A stretch of 64,000 nucleotides of DNA from Trypanosoma brucei (taxonomy: Eukaryota). How positions within the stretch are numbered: the stretch's first letter is position 1; each line of letters opens with the position of its first letter. The notes under the pieces were generated by a model, which saw only the letters and a program-made list of their open reading frames with translations, was not told the DNA's origin and made no database searches. The stretch lies in the NCBI GenBank assembly GCA_000002445.1, contig CM000208.1, positions 32,001 through 96,000 on the forward strand. The letters run 5' to 3'. Shown here piece by piece: positions 35,701 to 45,731 of this stretch. Both the position numbers and the translations under genes were made by a program.

Positions 35701-35785
35701 TTGTGCTATGTTCTATTTAGTAACAAGCCATCATGTTTTACAACGCGATTATATATATTACTATATTTTCTCTTTTAGTCACCGA

Positions 35786-36310
35786 ATGAGCACTAGTGAA
35801 CGGCGTCGCTATGGGTTTCAGCGTACCTCCAAAGAGATAAGAAATGAAAGGAAGCTTAACAAGATGCAAAAATGGAGTGAAAAGCTAGACAGCTGTGATG
35901 TCGTTAAATTGCGCACGGAGCTACGTTCCATGGAGAAAGCCGACTTCCTGCTCCCTCGTCAGAAAGAACGAAAGACACTGATAGAAAGAATGATACGAGA
36001 TGCTGAGCTAAGGAAGTGTGTTGAGGGTACCGCTCCCATTTCATGTGAACAGCGACCCAATGAAGATACCCAAGACAATTCGAGCTGCTCCAGTAGATGT
36101 GACGATATTATCCTTAGTCCCCGTCTGGGTGTAGGGGATGGTGTTGTGGTTACGACGCCAGATCACTTCATTCCGAGATCATTGAGAAAAAGGTGTGGTG
36201 GGAACAACAGTCAGGAGGGTCTAAAGAAACGGGTGAAGAGGGCAGAAGAGCACTTGATTGCTAACAATTCGTTGGAGGAAGATATTGATGATTTTTTTGA
36301 TTCTCTCTAG
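35786..36310 (+). CDS. Hypothetical protein (174 aa, charged/basic), first gene of the plus-strand array.
   Basis: ATG at 35786 within the 35708 ORF, preceded by a pyrimidine tract (ctatattttctcttttag). No recognisable domain. Confidence 0.45.
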   Translation: MSTSERRRYGFQRTSKEIRNERKLNKMQKWSEKLDSCDVVKLRTELRSMEKADFLLPRQKERKTLIERMIRDAELRKCVEGTAPISCEQRPNEDTQDNSSCSSRCDDIILSPRLGVGDGVVVTTPDHFIPRSLRKRCGGNNSQEGLKKRVKRAEEHLIANNSLEEDIDDFFDSL

Positions 36311-36494
36311 TTGGTGTGAATCTAACTTTGCTCCGCTCTTGCTTGCCTGGGTCTCTGTGGACTGCTGCCAACCGAGTTCACAGAGCTCCGTCATCGTTAT
36401 TTTGTCGTATGCCAGAATTCGACTTTCTCTGGATGGTATATTGCGGTCACCCTATTATACTACTGGGAAAAGGGGGATTACACTATACCTATTT

Positions 36495-37622
36495 ATGGCT
36501 TTAGTTCGTAGGATAGGATCATCCCTGCTATCTCACAAGGAGTACAGCCGTTTCCTTGATAACAGAAAGTGGCTTGAAGGTGCCCTTGAGGGGTTTTCGA
36601 TTGAGAATGTTTTAGGTATTTCTCAATTGTCTTCTCGACCCTCTGTTTTAATGTATGGGTCGTGTGTTTCTGGAACGGCTTTTAGCAATGCAGATGCTGA
36701 TTACGCAGTGTTATTTCTCACGCAAGGGAATACTGAGGAGTCGTCAATGGCTAACATGCTGAACTATACGCATTCAAAATTTATTGAAGTGAAACGAGAG
36801 CATCATCAGAGGGTTCTCTTGGCAATTTTGGAGCATATCAGGGTATCTTTCTGTTCGACGGTGCTGAAGTGCGAGCAAATTTACTCGGCTCGTGTTCCTT
36901 TTATTCGGCTTTTCAAGAGTAGTGCGAATAACACAGAGGGAAGTCACTTGGATGTGTCTCTTTCTTTTGATGGTCCCAGAAATTCTTTGTTGCTTAGGCT
37001 TTACATGGAGGGGGACCCACGCCTTAGGTGCGGCGTTCTTTGTGCGAAGAAATGGTGCCGCTCTCAAGGTATTCTTGATGCTCGTCGAGGTTGGATTTCT
37101 GCATACGCCCTCACTGTCATGTATATATTTTACATGCAGGTGACGAAGAGAGCAGTGCGTATTATTGATGAAAGTGAAGTCAACAATATTCTGTATTGTA
37201 TGTCGAAGCAAATGTTGGAGGGGGTCAATGAATGCTTTCCTTTTGTTGGAGATGTATGTTCTTGTAGTGACGTTGACATACAGAATGTTTTAAGTGATTT
37301 ACATGGCTTTTTTCATTTCTTTGGGGGCTCAATGTGTTTTGATTTTGATACTGATGTCGTTGACATTAGGAAAAATGACAAACTTGTTTCGAAAGAATCT
37401 TGGTTGGAGGGAATCAATCATTTTGATGAGAAGACTCGTTGGAATCTCCTGGGTTACGAAACTATTATGATCCGTGACCCATACGAAGACCACAATTTAG
37501 GTCGTAGTGTGGATTTCTTTCGCGGCGAGAGAATCAGAGAGGTTTTTCGTTTGGCGTCGGAGACCAAGATTGAGGATGTTTTAAACGAGTTAGCAAAACA
37601 AGGAAGGCTTTCTAGTGTTTGA
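36495..37622 (+). CDS. Cid1-family nucleotidyltransferase (terminal uridylyltransferase / non-canonical poly(A) polymerase-like), ~375 aa.
   Basis: Pol-beta NTase motif YGSCVSGTAFSNADADYAVLF (hG[GS]x9-13DhD). PAP/TUTase nucleotide-recognition motif ..CAKKWCRSQGILDARRGWISAYALTVMYIFYMQV. Start ATG 36495 was chosen as the first ATG downstream of the previous gene, and an earlier in-frame start overlaps the upstream CDS. Confidence 0.7.
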   Translation: MALVRRIGSSLLSHKEYSRFLDNRKWLEGALEGFSIENVLGISQLSSRPSVLMYGSCVSGTAFSNADADYAVLFLTQGNTEESSMANMLNYTHSKFIEVKREHHQRVLLAILEHIRVSFCSTVLKCEQIYSARVPFIRLFKSSANNTEGSHLDVSLSFDGPRNSLLLRLYMEGDPRLRCGVLCAKKWCRSQGILDARRGWISAYALTVMYIFYMQVTKRAVRIIDESEVNNILYCMSKQMLEGVNECFPFVGDVCSCSDVDIQNVLSDLHGFFHFFGGSMCFDFDTDVVDIRKNDKLVSKESWLEGINHFDEKTRWNLLGYETIMIRDPYEDHNLGRSVDFFRGERIREVFRLASETKIEDVLNELAKQGRLSSV

Positions 37623-37947
37623 AACACTAGCCGGTGCTGCGAATTGCAACTACGTCTTCCTATCAAGGAACAAAGAATTCTAATAATAATATATTTTGCA
37701 AATGGATGCGCGCACACTGAACTAGCAGCTCTGCACTGACTGTAGTGAGAAGGTGTTTTTTCTTGTTTATTATCGGTTTTTGTTTGCACGGGTAAGTTAG
37801 GTCCCCCCTATTTATGCGCCCACAGTGTAACTCTTATGCCACTTATGTGTTCGAAGAAAACGGGGACGTGTTGTGTGCATATTTCCATGTTTTTTCTCTG
37901 TATAAGAATTGTTGAGAAGAATAAGCTACTCGATAACGAAGTTACCT

Positions 37948-39231
37948 ATGGTCAGTAAGAAGCTTGGTGAGGCACAACGTAAAGAGGATTTTTGCATTCC
38001 CCTGGAGGGCCAACATACGGATTGCGCACTCTCACCGGAAGAATGGCCGCTTTTACTGAAAAACTATGACAGGCTGAACGTGCGGTCTTCCCACTTTACG
38101 GTTTTGGATTGTGGATGGTCTCCGCTTCGGAGACCCCTGTCCCAGTATGTGAAGTACGGCATGATTAACCTTGACAAGCCCTCTAATCCTAGTTCACACG
38201 AAGTGGTGTCATGGATTAAACGCATTTTGAAGTGTGAAAAAACCGGGCATGCGGGAACGTTGGATCCTAAAGTAACCGGAGCCCTCATCATTTGTATTGA
38301 CCGAGCAACACGTTTAGTGAAGTCTCAGCAGAATGCCGGTAAAACATACATTGGTGTGTTGCGCCTTCATGACACGGTGAGTGAAAAAAAGGTTGTTGCC
38401 TCGCTGCAGCGCCTTACAGGTCCCTGTTTTCAAAGACCACCGTTAATTGCGGCGGTGAAGCGTCAGCTTCGTATCCGCAATATATATTCAAATCAGCTTA
38501 TTGAGTATGACAAACATCGTCACTTGGCCGTGTTTGAGACTCACTGCGAGGCAGGCACGTACATACGAACCCTTTGTGTTCATCTCGGGTTGATTTTGGG
38601 TGTCGGTGGCCATATGGAAGAGTTACGACGAATTCGAACCGGGGTGATATCTGAAGACGACCACATCTCGACCATGCATGACGTTCTTGATGCGCAGTGG
38701 CTGTATGATAACGAGAAGGATGAAACGTACCTTCGGAGAGTAATTCTCCCCTGTGAATATTTATTAACAAACTACAAGCGTGTGGTTGTGAAAGATTCTG
38801 CCGTAAACGCGGTCTGCTACGGGGCTAAGCTCATGATTCCTGGACTCGCGCGCTTCGACAACGGAATTGAAAGGGATGATGTTATTGTCCTCATGACCAC
38901 TAAGGGGGAGGCCATTGCATTAGCTTATGCTGAAATGTCCACATCACAAATGGCTTCAGTGGATCATGGTATCGTGGCTCGAAGCAAACGTGTGATCATG
39001 GATCGAGACACGTATCCGAGACGTTGGGGACTTGGCCCCGTTGCTGTGAAGAAGCGTACGATGATGAAAGATGGACTTCTGGACAAGTACGGCCGTCCCC
39101 AAGCAAACACGCCGTCCGACTGGTTTTACGTGGACTACGGTGGCGTTAGTACGAATGCTGAAGGCGTTCAGTACGGGGAGGCCCCAAGAAAGAATGGAAA
39201 GCGCCCTAGGTCAGAAGCAGATGACACCTAA
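37948..39231 (+). CDS. CBF5: H/ACA snoRNP pseudouridine synthase Cbf5/dyskerin (TruB family).
   Basis: [75 protein letters not shown], and a PUA-like C-terminal region with a basic tail. Confidence 0.9.
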   Translation: MVSKKLGEAQRKEDFCIPLEGQHTDCALSPEEWPLLLKNYDRLNVRSSHFTVLDCGWSPLRRPLSQYVKYGMINLDKPSNPSSHEVVSWIKRILKCEKTGHAGTLDPKVTGALIICIDRATRLVKSQQNAGKTYIGVLRLHDTVSEKKVVASLQRLTGPCFQRPPLIAAVKRQLRIRNIYSNQLIEYDKHRHLAVFETHCEAGTYIRTLCVHLGLILGVGGHMEELRRIRTGVISEDDHISTMHDVLDAQWLYDNEKDETYLRRVILPCEYLLTNYKRVVVKDSAVNAVCYGAKLMIPGLARFDNGIERDDVIVLMTTKGEAIALAYAEMSTSQMASVDHGIVARSKRVIMDRDTYPRRWGLGPVAVKKRTMMKDGLLDKYGRPQANTPSDWFYVDYGGVSTNAEGVQYGEAPRKNGKRPRSEADDT

Positions 39232-39404
39232 TAAGTAAGTTTTTTTTGTTAAATCGTTAAGAGCACAAGGGGGATAGGGAGAGAGGGTGATCGATGATTT
39301 ATTTTCGTTTTGTTTGTGTCCGCGGTTATCGTCGCTAGGTTCCCTCATTGGGTTATTTGACAACTCTATTATCTCTGTAGTGAATGCATGCTTACACTAT
39401 TGCT

Positions 39405-39450
39405 TTACTGCGTACTCTTCTTCTTCTTCTTCCTTTTTTTAACCTCTCTG
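39405..39450 (+). promoter_or_regulatory. Polypyrimidine tract plus downstream AG. Candidate trans-splicing acceptor signal for the ATP synthase gamma mRNA. Similar tracts precede most plus-strand genes (e.g. 42486-42545, 44680-44760, 59700-59735).
   Basis: tactcttcttcttcttcttcctttttttaacctctctg followed by AG dinucleotides 20-60 nt upstream of the ATG. Confidence 0.4.
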
Positions 39451-39479
39451 AAACATATTAAAGTGGAAAGGGAAAGAAA

Positions 39480-40397
39480 ATGTCAGGTAAGCTTCGTCTT
39501 TACAAAGAAAAACTTGAGGGGTACAACCGGTTTTACTCTATCGTTAAAACTATTAAGATGGTGACTTTGGCGAAGTATCGTGCGGCGCAGGGACGGATAA
39601 GGACACGCGATTTCAGCCTCCGCTATACGGAGTTGGCGTTCAGCAAACCACAAGCATCGAGAGATGCCGTGGCCGCAGCGAAGAATGCCCTTGTTTACAT
39701 ACCGATAACTACGAATCGTGGGTCATGCGGTGCCCTGAACAGCAATATTGTGCGTTGTATCGATTCCGTGGTATCGAGTAAGATGGTATTGATGCCGGTC
39801 GGCAAACGTGGTATAGACTCGTTTTCTAAACTGTTTCCCGATGAATTCAGATACGGTATCATTAACGATATGAAGGAATCAATGCATTTTGGTTATGCAA
39901 CCTTTGTAATTGAAAATGCATATGAAGTGTCCAAGGATGCGGATCGGTATCAGGTGATTTTCAATCGTTTCGTTTCTGCGGGTGTCCAAAGGAATGCCGT
40001 TTACAACATTCCATCATATGAGAAGTGGAAAGAGGACCTTGCCGATGCCGGTAGCTCGGACAACCAGAAGAATCGTTACCTTTTTGCGAATGCGCTGCAG
40101 AATGAGGAGGAACAGCTTATTCGGGACTTCTTCGATTTTCATGCTGCGCTCGCGGTCCTCAATGCCGTTGGAGAAAACGAGCTTTCCGAGCAAGCTGCCC
40201 GTCTGGTTGCTGTTGAGGGTCAGTTGACTAATATCAGCAGCCTGCAACAGAGAACTAGCTCGCTTTACAACAAGACACGGCAGTTTGGTATTACGGCGGC
40301 GCTAATTGAAATTCTTTCTGCTATGAGTTCGTTGGAAGGCAATGCTATGAAGGGCGTCAGACGCAACAAATTCTGGGAAGGGGCAGTAACCAAGTAG
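39480..40397 (+). CDS. F1Fo ATP synthase gamma subunit (305 aa).
   Basis: KTIKMVTLAKYRAAQ, TNRGSCGALNSNI, FNRFVSAGVQ and the C-terminal QFGITAALIEILSAMSSLEG align to the conserved blocks of the ATP synthase gamma chain. Preceded by pyrimidine tract 39405-39450. Confidence 0.9.
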   Translation: MSGKLRLYKEKLEGYNRFYSIVKTIKMVTLAKYRAAQGRIRTRDFSLRYTELAFSKPQASRDAVAAAKNALVYIPITTNRGSCGALNSNIVRCIDSVVSSKMVLMPVGKRGIDSFSKLFPDEFRYGIINDMKESMHFGYATFVIENAYEVSKDADRYQVIFNRFVSAGVQRNAVYNIPSYEKWKEDLADAGSSDNQKNRYLFANALQNEEEQLIRDFFDFHAALAVLNAVGENELSEQAARLVAVEGQLTNISSLQQRTSSLYNKTRQFGITAALIEILSAMSSLEGNAMKGVRRNKFWEGAVTK

Positions 40398-40662
40398 TAT
40401 TTGTTCATAAATGCGGTAGGTATGCGTGCGACCGTGATGTTTGTGGTATAGGTAGGCAACATGTTTTTTTTGTGGTTCGTAGGTGTAAGGCTCTTTCTAT
40501 CACTTCTATTGGTTTTTGGTGCAGATGTGCACTCCCTTTCCCTACTGAGTGATAAAAAAAAATGGTTTGGTTAATGCCGTTTCTGAGTGTATGTATGAAG
40601 TACACGAAAATGGACACCTATGTACATTCTTTTTTGTAATTTGTCAAGAAAGAGTGGCTCCG

Positions 40663-41415
40663 ATGAAGTTGAATGTCGCCTATCCACGGAACGGCACCGT
40701 CAAGCAGGTTGAAGTAACCGATGAGGTCCTCCGCCGTGTCAACTTGGGCGACTACCGCCTTGGCAACGAGGTGGACGGCGCCATATTTGGTGAGGCCTTT
40801 AGGGGTTACACCTTCAAACTTCGTGGCGGTTCCGATAAAGAGGGATTTCCAATGGTGCAAGGCGTAATGGCCCCAAGTCGTGTGTCACTTCTTGTGAAGC
40901 GTGGCGCTGTTGGCTTCAACACCTTCCGTGGTTATCAGGGTGAGCGTCGCCGCAAGTCCCTCCGTGGCTGCATTCTTGGGAGCGACATTGCCGTGCTGAA
41001 CGTCACTGTGGAGAAGGTCGGTGAGCAACCAATCGAGGGTGTGACAGACGTGTCGGTACCTCGGCGTTTGGGACCCAAGCGCGCGAACAAAATACGTAAG
41101 CTCTTCAATCTCGGTCGCACGGATGACGTACGCAAGTATGTGATCCGTCGGAAGGTGACGAAAGAGGGCAAGAAGGACCGTTTCAAGGCACCCAAGATCC
41201 AACGTCTCATCACCTCCACGATTAGGGCACGCCGCGCCAAGAAAGTGCGCGTCGCCATTGATAAAGTTCGCAAATCGGCAGCCGAGCGCCGTGAGTACCT
41301 CCGCCTCGTTGGTGCTCGCCGCCGCGCTGCCCGCCAGCGTAAGGCGGCTCGTCATCACTCAAGCAGGGTGAATGCACAGAGGAAGGAGGTTGATGCCTTC
41401 AAGGCACGGAAGTAG
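40663..41415 (+). CDS. RPS6: 40S ribosomal protein S6 (eS6), 250 aa.
   Basis: MKLNVAYPRNGTVKQVEV..DGAIFGEAFRGYTFKLRGGSDKEGFPMVQGV..RRKSLRGCI..; C-terminal K/R-rich tail. Confidence 0.9.
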   Translation: MKLNVAYPRNGTVKQVEVTDEVLRRVNLGDYRLGNEVDGAIFGEAFRGYTFKLRGGSDKEGFPMVQGVMAPSRVSLLVKRGAVGFNTFRGYQGERRRKSLRGCILGSDIAVLNVTVEKVGEQPIEGVTDVSVPRRLGPKRANKIRKLFNLGRTDDVRKYVIRRKVTKEGKKDRFKAPKIQRLITSTIRARRAKKVRVAIDKVRKSAAERREYLRLVGARRRAARQRKAARHHSSRVNAQRKEVDAFKARK

Positions 41416-41626
41416 TAACGCTGAACGGGTCACTCCGGAATTATTTTTTTATTTTTTCGTTAAAAATTTTCACTTATAAGGTCTCACCACGAGGCATAAC
41501 CTAATGTGTACTTCGAAGTTGTTTGATGTTGCTACTAGCGGCGAGGTGCCCCCCTTTTGTCATCCCCTTACTTACATACGCTGGTACAAATAGTTTGTTT
41601 AGCTACAGCAAGGATATAAGTGAAGA

Positions 41627-42202
41627 ATGAAGACACAAAACTTGCTTTTTGCTGCGTCTGCTGCTGTGTCTGCCGGGGCTGCGGCCGCCGGTGCCGTTTC
41701 GTGCGATGAGATGTATCCTCAATCGGCTGCTTTCTTTGGGTCAATGGGATGTGCATCCGCTCTCATTTTTGCGAACCTGGGCTCTGCCTATGGTACGGCG
41801 AAATCAGGTGTTGGTGTCGCTCACCTCGGTATACTTCACGCCGATCGGATCATGCGCGGTATTGTGCCTGTTGTCATGGCCGGTATTCTCGGTATATACG
41901 GGCTCATTGTGTCCGTCATTATCAACAATAATATCAAAACGGAGCTACATGCATATGCGGCATTTTCCGGATACCTGCATTTTGGTGCGGGACTCGCTGC
42001 CGGTTTGTCTTCCTTGGCCGCGGGACTTTCCATCGGGATCGCCGGTGACGCATCCGTCCGCGCGTACGGTAAGCAGGAAAAAATATTTGTTGCTATGATT
42101 CTGATGCTTATTTTTGCGGAGGCTCTTGGACTCTATGGACTCATTATTGCTCTTCTAATGAACAATACCGCGAACAAAGTTAACTACGGACCGTGTCAGT
42201 GA
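41627..42202 (+). CDS. V-type H+-ATPase 16-kDa proteolipid subunit c, with an Ala-rich N-terminal extension (alternative ATG at 41711).
   Basis: AAFFGSMGCASALIFANLGSAYGTAKSGVGV .. IVPVVMAGILGIYGLIVSVI .. IAGDASVRAYGKQEKIFVAMILMLIFAEALGLYGLIIALLMN closely matches yeast Vma3. Confidence 0.85.
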   Translation: MKTQNLLFAASAAVSAGAAAAGAVSCDEMYPQSAAFFGSMGCASALIFANLGSAYGTAKSGVGVAHLGILHADRIMRGIVPVVMAGILGIYGLIVSVIINNNIKTELHAYAAFSGYLHFGAGLAAGLSSLAAGLSIGIAGDASVRAYGKQEKIFVAMILMLIFAEALGLYGLIIALLMNNTANKVNYGPCQ

Positions 42203-42631
42203 AGGCATCTCTGCTCTATCATCTTTTTTTTTGTTCGATGCCACGCTTTAGGGAGTTAAGATGGATGAGGGAAAAAGGAAAAGGATTTTTTTTCATGAAA
42301 TTGTTTCCACGAAGGGAAAGATATATATATATATATACAATGAAAACTAGAAGAAAAAACTGATGCTGCGCCGGTGAGGTGCCGAGGGTTGAAGAAAGGT
42401 AATGAATAAGGGCGAAGGGACAAAGTGAAAAAGGCGCTGCAACTCGAAGCATTCACCCGGGACCATCTTCTGCTTACGTAAGTAGTAAAAAAATAATGTG
42501 TTTTTTCCTTTTTCCTTTTTTTTTTGGATCCTTTTCTTTTTGCGCTTTATACCGCTTGTTCTCTTTTTTTTTATATCTGTGGAAGAATACTACTTTGGTT
42601 AGGTATCACTTTAAGTCGGTGCACAATAAGT

Positions 42632-44017
42632 ATGTTGCAGGCGGGAACAAAGAAGTTTCTTAGGGAGTATGGAAGCACATGCGCTCCCCTGTTCTTGGCA
42701 CTTGGCGTATGCCTTATATGCTGCTTACCTGCCGCGTGCCCAAAGGAAAACTTCATTGATGAAAATGCCATCAGCGTCTCGAGAGTTCCGGTAATTACTG
42801 GGATGTTGGGTGAGCTCCATATGGACACGAGGATTTCACAATATACGCGCGTGGTTCGTGGCCGACGCTCCGTGGGCTCCGAATCTATTGCCGTTTACGT
42901 TAATGCTGCCTTTGAATCCTCCGTTGTGTTGGCTAATCACCTGATTTACGTGCTGCGAGAGAAGGAAAACATGGCATGCGATACGAATTTTTACTTTTTT
43001 AATGACACAAGCAAAGATTGGCCAATCCCCGATTCCTTCGTCCGCGCGGCTATAGTTATTAACGTGACGTCGTTTCACACAAATAACCTTTGTTTTAATG
43101 TGTTTGGTGCCAACGGAATGCAACCAAATCAAGATCTATTCAACCTCGCAGTAGCGATAGCGGAGAAGTGGAGGTTTAATATTGATGTTTTATGCCAAAA
43201 TCCGTATATTTCATTTTCCACGAGTCGACCAATATACGAACACTACTTCCTTGCTCTGCAGACGGCGTTGGTCGCACCGTTACGCTACCAACCGTGGTAT
43301 AAAATGCGGTCGCGTGGCATCAGTTTGTTGGCAATTAGCACCGAAAAGTCCGAACGCAGGACCAAATCGTCTTACGGTTATAACATGGCCGCTGCGCACG
43401 AGCAGCTCATCGCAACTCTTAGTTATCTGCACGAACGTTTTCATCACTCAACATCTGTTTGGATACCACTAAGTGTTGATCAGTACGTCGAGTATGATGT
43501 CATCCAATTTGCCACGATTTTATTTGTCGCTTCCCTCCTATCGACGTGTTACTCCATATACGAAGTAGAGGGGTTCAGCTTTTCCCCGTGCGCGGCGTTG
43601 GTTAGTGCAACCGGCTTGGCTGCCTTGGTTTCAACATTGAATTTTGGTACCGCTGGATTTTTTGTGAGCAGTGGTGTCCTGACGGTTGGGCTTGGTGCAT
43701 TTTCATGGGACATGTCGTGGGGTGCCATAAATGCCGTGGTGTTATGTCTTCTCATCATTCTTCAACCTGTAGCGGGGTTGGTCATGGGGTTTGGTGCCAC
43801 TCTGCAGCTTCAGTTTATCCATGTAAGGTGCCGCAAGTGGCACGTGTTGCTGATTGGAGCGATCCTTTCATGGATCGTTTTAGTTGCCTTGACGGAAGTG
43901 ATGAAAGCAAAATTGTTTGACACAGAGACTACAGCTGGCGTATATTTCTCGTTTTTTCTATATCCCAATGCCTTATGGATTTCCAGCAGGCTGATTCGGT
44001 CGACGTTGGGTGCTTAG
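42632..44017 (+). CDS. Multi-pass membrane protein (~461 aa). It has one N-terminal TM, a ~330-aa lumenal/extracytosolic domain with N-glycosylation sequons, and a cluster of ~6 C-terminal TMs. Function unknown (GAA1-like topology).
   Basis: Hydropathy by eye: LFLALGVCLICCL. Then a long hydrophilic stretch with NxS/T sites (NVTSF, NDTS). Then ILFVASLLSTCY, AALVSATGLAALV, FFVSSGVLTVGLGAF, AINAVVLCLLIIL, VLLIGAILSWIVLVAL. ATG 42632 follows a long pyrimidine tract, which the 42524 ORF start reads through. Confidence 0.55.
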   Translation: MLQAGTKKFLREYGSTCAPLFLALGVCLICCLPAACPKENFIDENAISVSRVPVITGMLGELHMDTRISQYTRVVRGRRSVGSESIAVYVNAAFESSVVLANHLIYVLREKENMACDTNFYFFNDTSKDWPIPDSFVRAAIVINVTSFHTNNLCFNVFGANGMQPNQDLFNLAVAIAEKWRFNIDVLCQNPYISFSTSRPIYEHYFLALQTALVAPLRYQPWYKMRSRGISLLAISTEKSERRTKSSYGYNMAAAHEQLIATLSYLHERFHHSTSVWIPLSVDQYVEYDVIQFATILFVASLLSTCYSIYEVEGFSFSPCAALVSATGLAALVSTLNFGTAGFFVSSGVLTVGLGAFSWDMSWGAINAVVLCLLIILQPVAGLVMGFGATLQLQFIHVRCRKWHVLLIGAILSWIVLVALTEVMKAKLFDTETTAGVYFSFFLYPNALWISSRLIRSTLGA

Positions 44018-44234
44018 ATGGGTTTAACTGTAACAAAAAGTCAGGGCGCATTCTGGTGGTATGTTGTCTTCGTTTTCCCACTCCCTCCGCTTCACTTCTT
44101 GTACTTTGTTCCCCCCTGAAGGTTTTGCCCCTTATTTCACTTTTGTACTTCGTAAACAAAGACACGACGTGAAACCTCCCTCTTTCCTGCTTTCCCCTAC
44201 TTTGCTCGTTTTCTTTAGCTGCTGCGAAGTTACG

Positions 44235-44516
44235 ATGGCAAAGCGTACCGTCAAGATGGGCGTCATGGGGCGCTATGGCGCCCGCTATGGTTCGAACCCA
44301 CGTAAGCGCGCCAAGAAGCTGGAGGTGTCTCAGCATGCGAAACACTTCTGCTCCTTCTGCGGGAAGTTTGCCTTTCGGCGCAAGGCCGTTGGCATTTGGC
44401 GCTGCGATGGTTGCAGCAAAACTGTCGCTGGTGGCGCCTACACGCTTAGCACACCAAACAACACCACGGTGCGTTCCACCGTTCGCCGCCTTCGTGAGCT
44501 GAAGCAGTCTAACTAA
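44235..44516 (+). CDS. RPL37A: 60S ribosomal protein L37a (eL43), 93 aa.
   Basis: [50 protein letters not shown] (C4 zinc ribbon). Confidence 0.9.
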   Translation: MAKRTVKMGVMGRYGARYGSNPRKRAKKLEVSQHAKHFCSFCGKFAFRRKAVGIWRCDGCSKTVAGGAYTLSTPNNTTVRSTVRRLRELKQSN

Positions 44517-44762
44517 AATGGAGGGGAACAACCTCTTTCTTTTTTGTTTTTTCTCTATTTTACCTGTGAAACACCGTCGAAGGTGTTTGCACAATTTTGT
44601 GATGCTTCAAATATGTTGTAGGGATGCATGACACACATCACGGTTGTTTTCTCCCCTTCAAACCACTCCTGCACGTTTCATCTTTGTTATCCTTCGCTTT
44701 CCTTGGATATACCCTAAACATGTATTTGCCTGTGTTTTACCCTGTCAGAGAAAAAAGAAAAA

Positions 44763-45503
44763 ATGTTCTCCTCCAAAACCGAGTATGACCGTGGCGTTAA
44801 CACCTTTAGCCCAGAGGGTCGCATTTTCCAAATTGAATACGCCATCGAGGCAATCAAGTTGGGAAGCACAAGCTTGGGAATTCAAACCCCCGATGCTGTT
44901 ATCATTGCTGCCGAGAAGCGGGTGCCATCAACACTGGTTGATCCGTCAAGTGTAAATAAGATCCTGGAAATCGATCATCATATCGGGACCGTTCTTAGTG
45001 GCATGGTGGCGGATGCGAGAATACTTGTGGACCATGCGCGTGTGGAGGCACAAAATCACCGTTTCACCTATGATGAGCCGATGAGCGTTGAATCGTGTGC
45101 CTTGGCGACGTGCGACCTGTCAGTTCAGTTTGGTGAAAGCGGGGGACGGAAGAAACTCATGTCGAGGCCCTTCGGTGTCTCATTATTGATTGCCGGTGTT
45201 GACGAAAACGGACCCCAGCTTTGGCAAACAGACCCGAGCGGCACTTATACACGTTACGATGCTCAAGCAATCGGTGGTGGTGCCGAGGCTGCTCAAACTG
45301 TTTTCAGTGAGCGTTATCATCGGAACATGACAGTTGAGGAGGCAGAGAATCTCACCGTGCAGATTTTACGGCAGGTGATGGAAGAGAAGCTAACGAAGAC
45401 CAGCGTTGAAATTGCAATTGTTCCGGTTTCCACTGGGCGGCTTCAAATATATGACCAGGAACAGATACAGCGGATCATTGATCGGCAGGCCGAGGAAAAT
45501 TAA
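44763..45503 (+). CDS. 20S proteasome alpha subunit type 5.
   Basis: MFSSKTEYDRGVNTFSPEGRIFQIEYAIEAIKLGSTSLGIQT.. is the alpha-5 N-terminal signature; 246 aa. Confidence 0.9.
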   Translation: MFSSKTEYDRGVNTFSPEGRIFQIEYAIEAIKLGSTSLGIQTPDAVIIAAEKRVPSTLVDPSSVNKILEIDHHIGTVLSGMVADARILVDHARVEAQNHRFTYDEPMSVESCALATCDLSVQFGESGGRKKLMSRPFGVSLLIAGVDENGPQLWQTDPSGTYTRYDAQAIGGGAEAAQTVFSERYHRNMTVEEAENLTVQILRQVMEEKLTKTSVEIAIVPVSTGRLQIYDQEQIQRIIDRQAEEN

Positions 45504-45731
45504 CATCGCGCGTCGTCCAAACTCCCTGCGACGTGCCCTTTTCTTTTGTTTTTGATATGTTTCTGTAGGACTCAGTGCTCGCGTGTTAAGTGACCGTAAG
45601 AACGTACGCATAAGTTCTTTTTGTGGATGTGTCTCGAAGGAGGATCGTATCATCTTCCTTTTTTTTTTTCAAATGCGTGTACCATCTCTAGGCAAATATT
45701 TGAGGATATATAATCACGTAAGTCACGCAAT

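Noticed and set aside
40885-41358. 157-aa and 112-aa minus-strand ORFs inside RPS6
   Set aside because: They are antisense to a highly conserved ribosomal-protein CDS.
44284-44298. tRNA T-arm-like motif GGTTCGAACCC
   Set aside because: It lies inside the RPL37a coding sequence. No acceptor stem, D-arm or anticodon arm can be assembled around it. No convincing tRNA was found anywhere in the window by eye.
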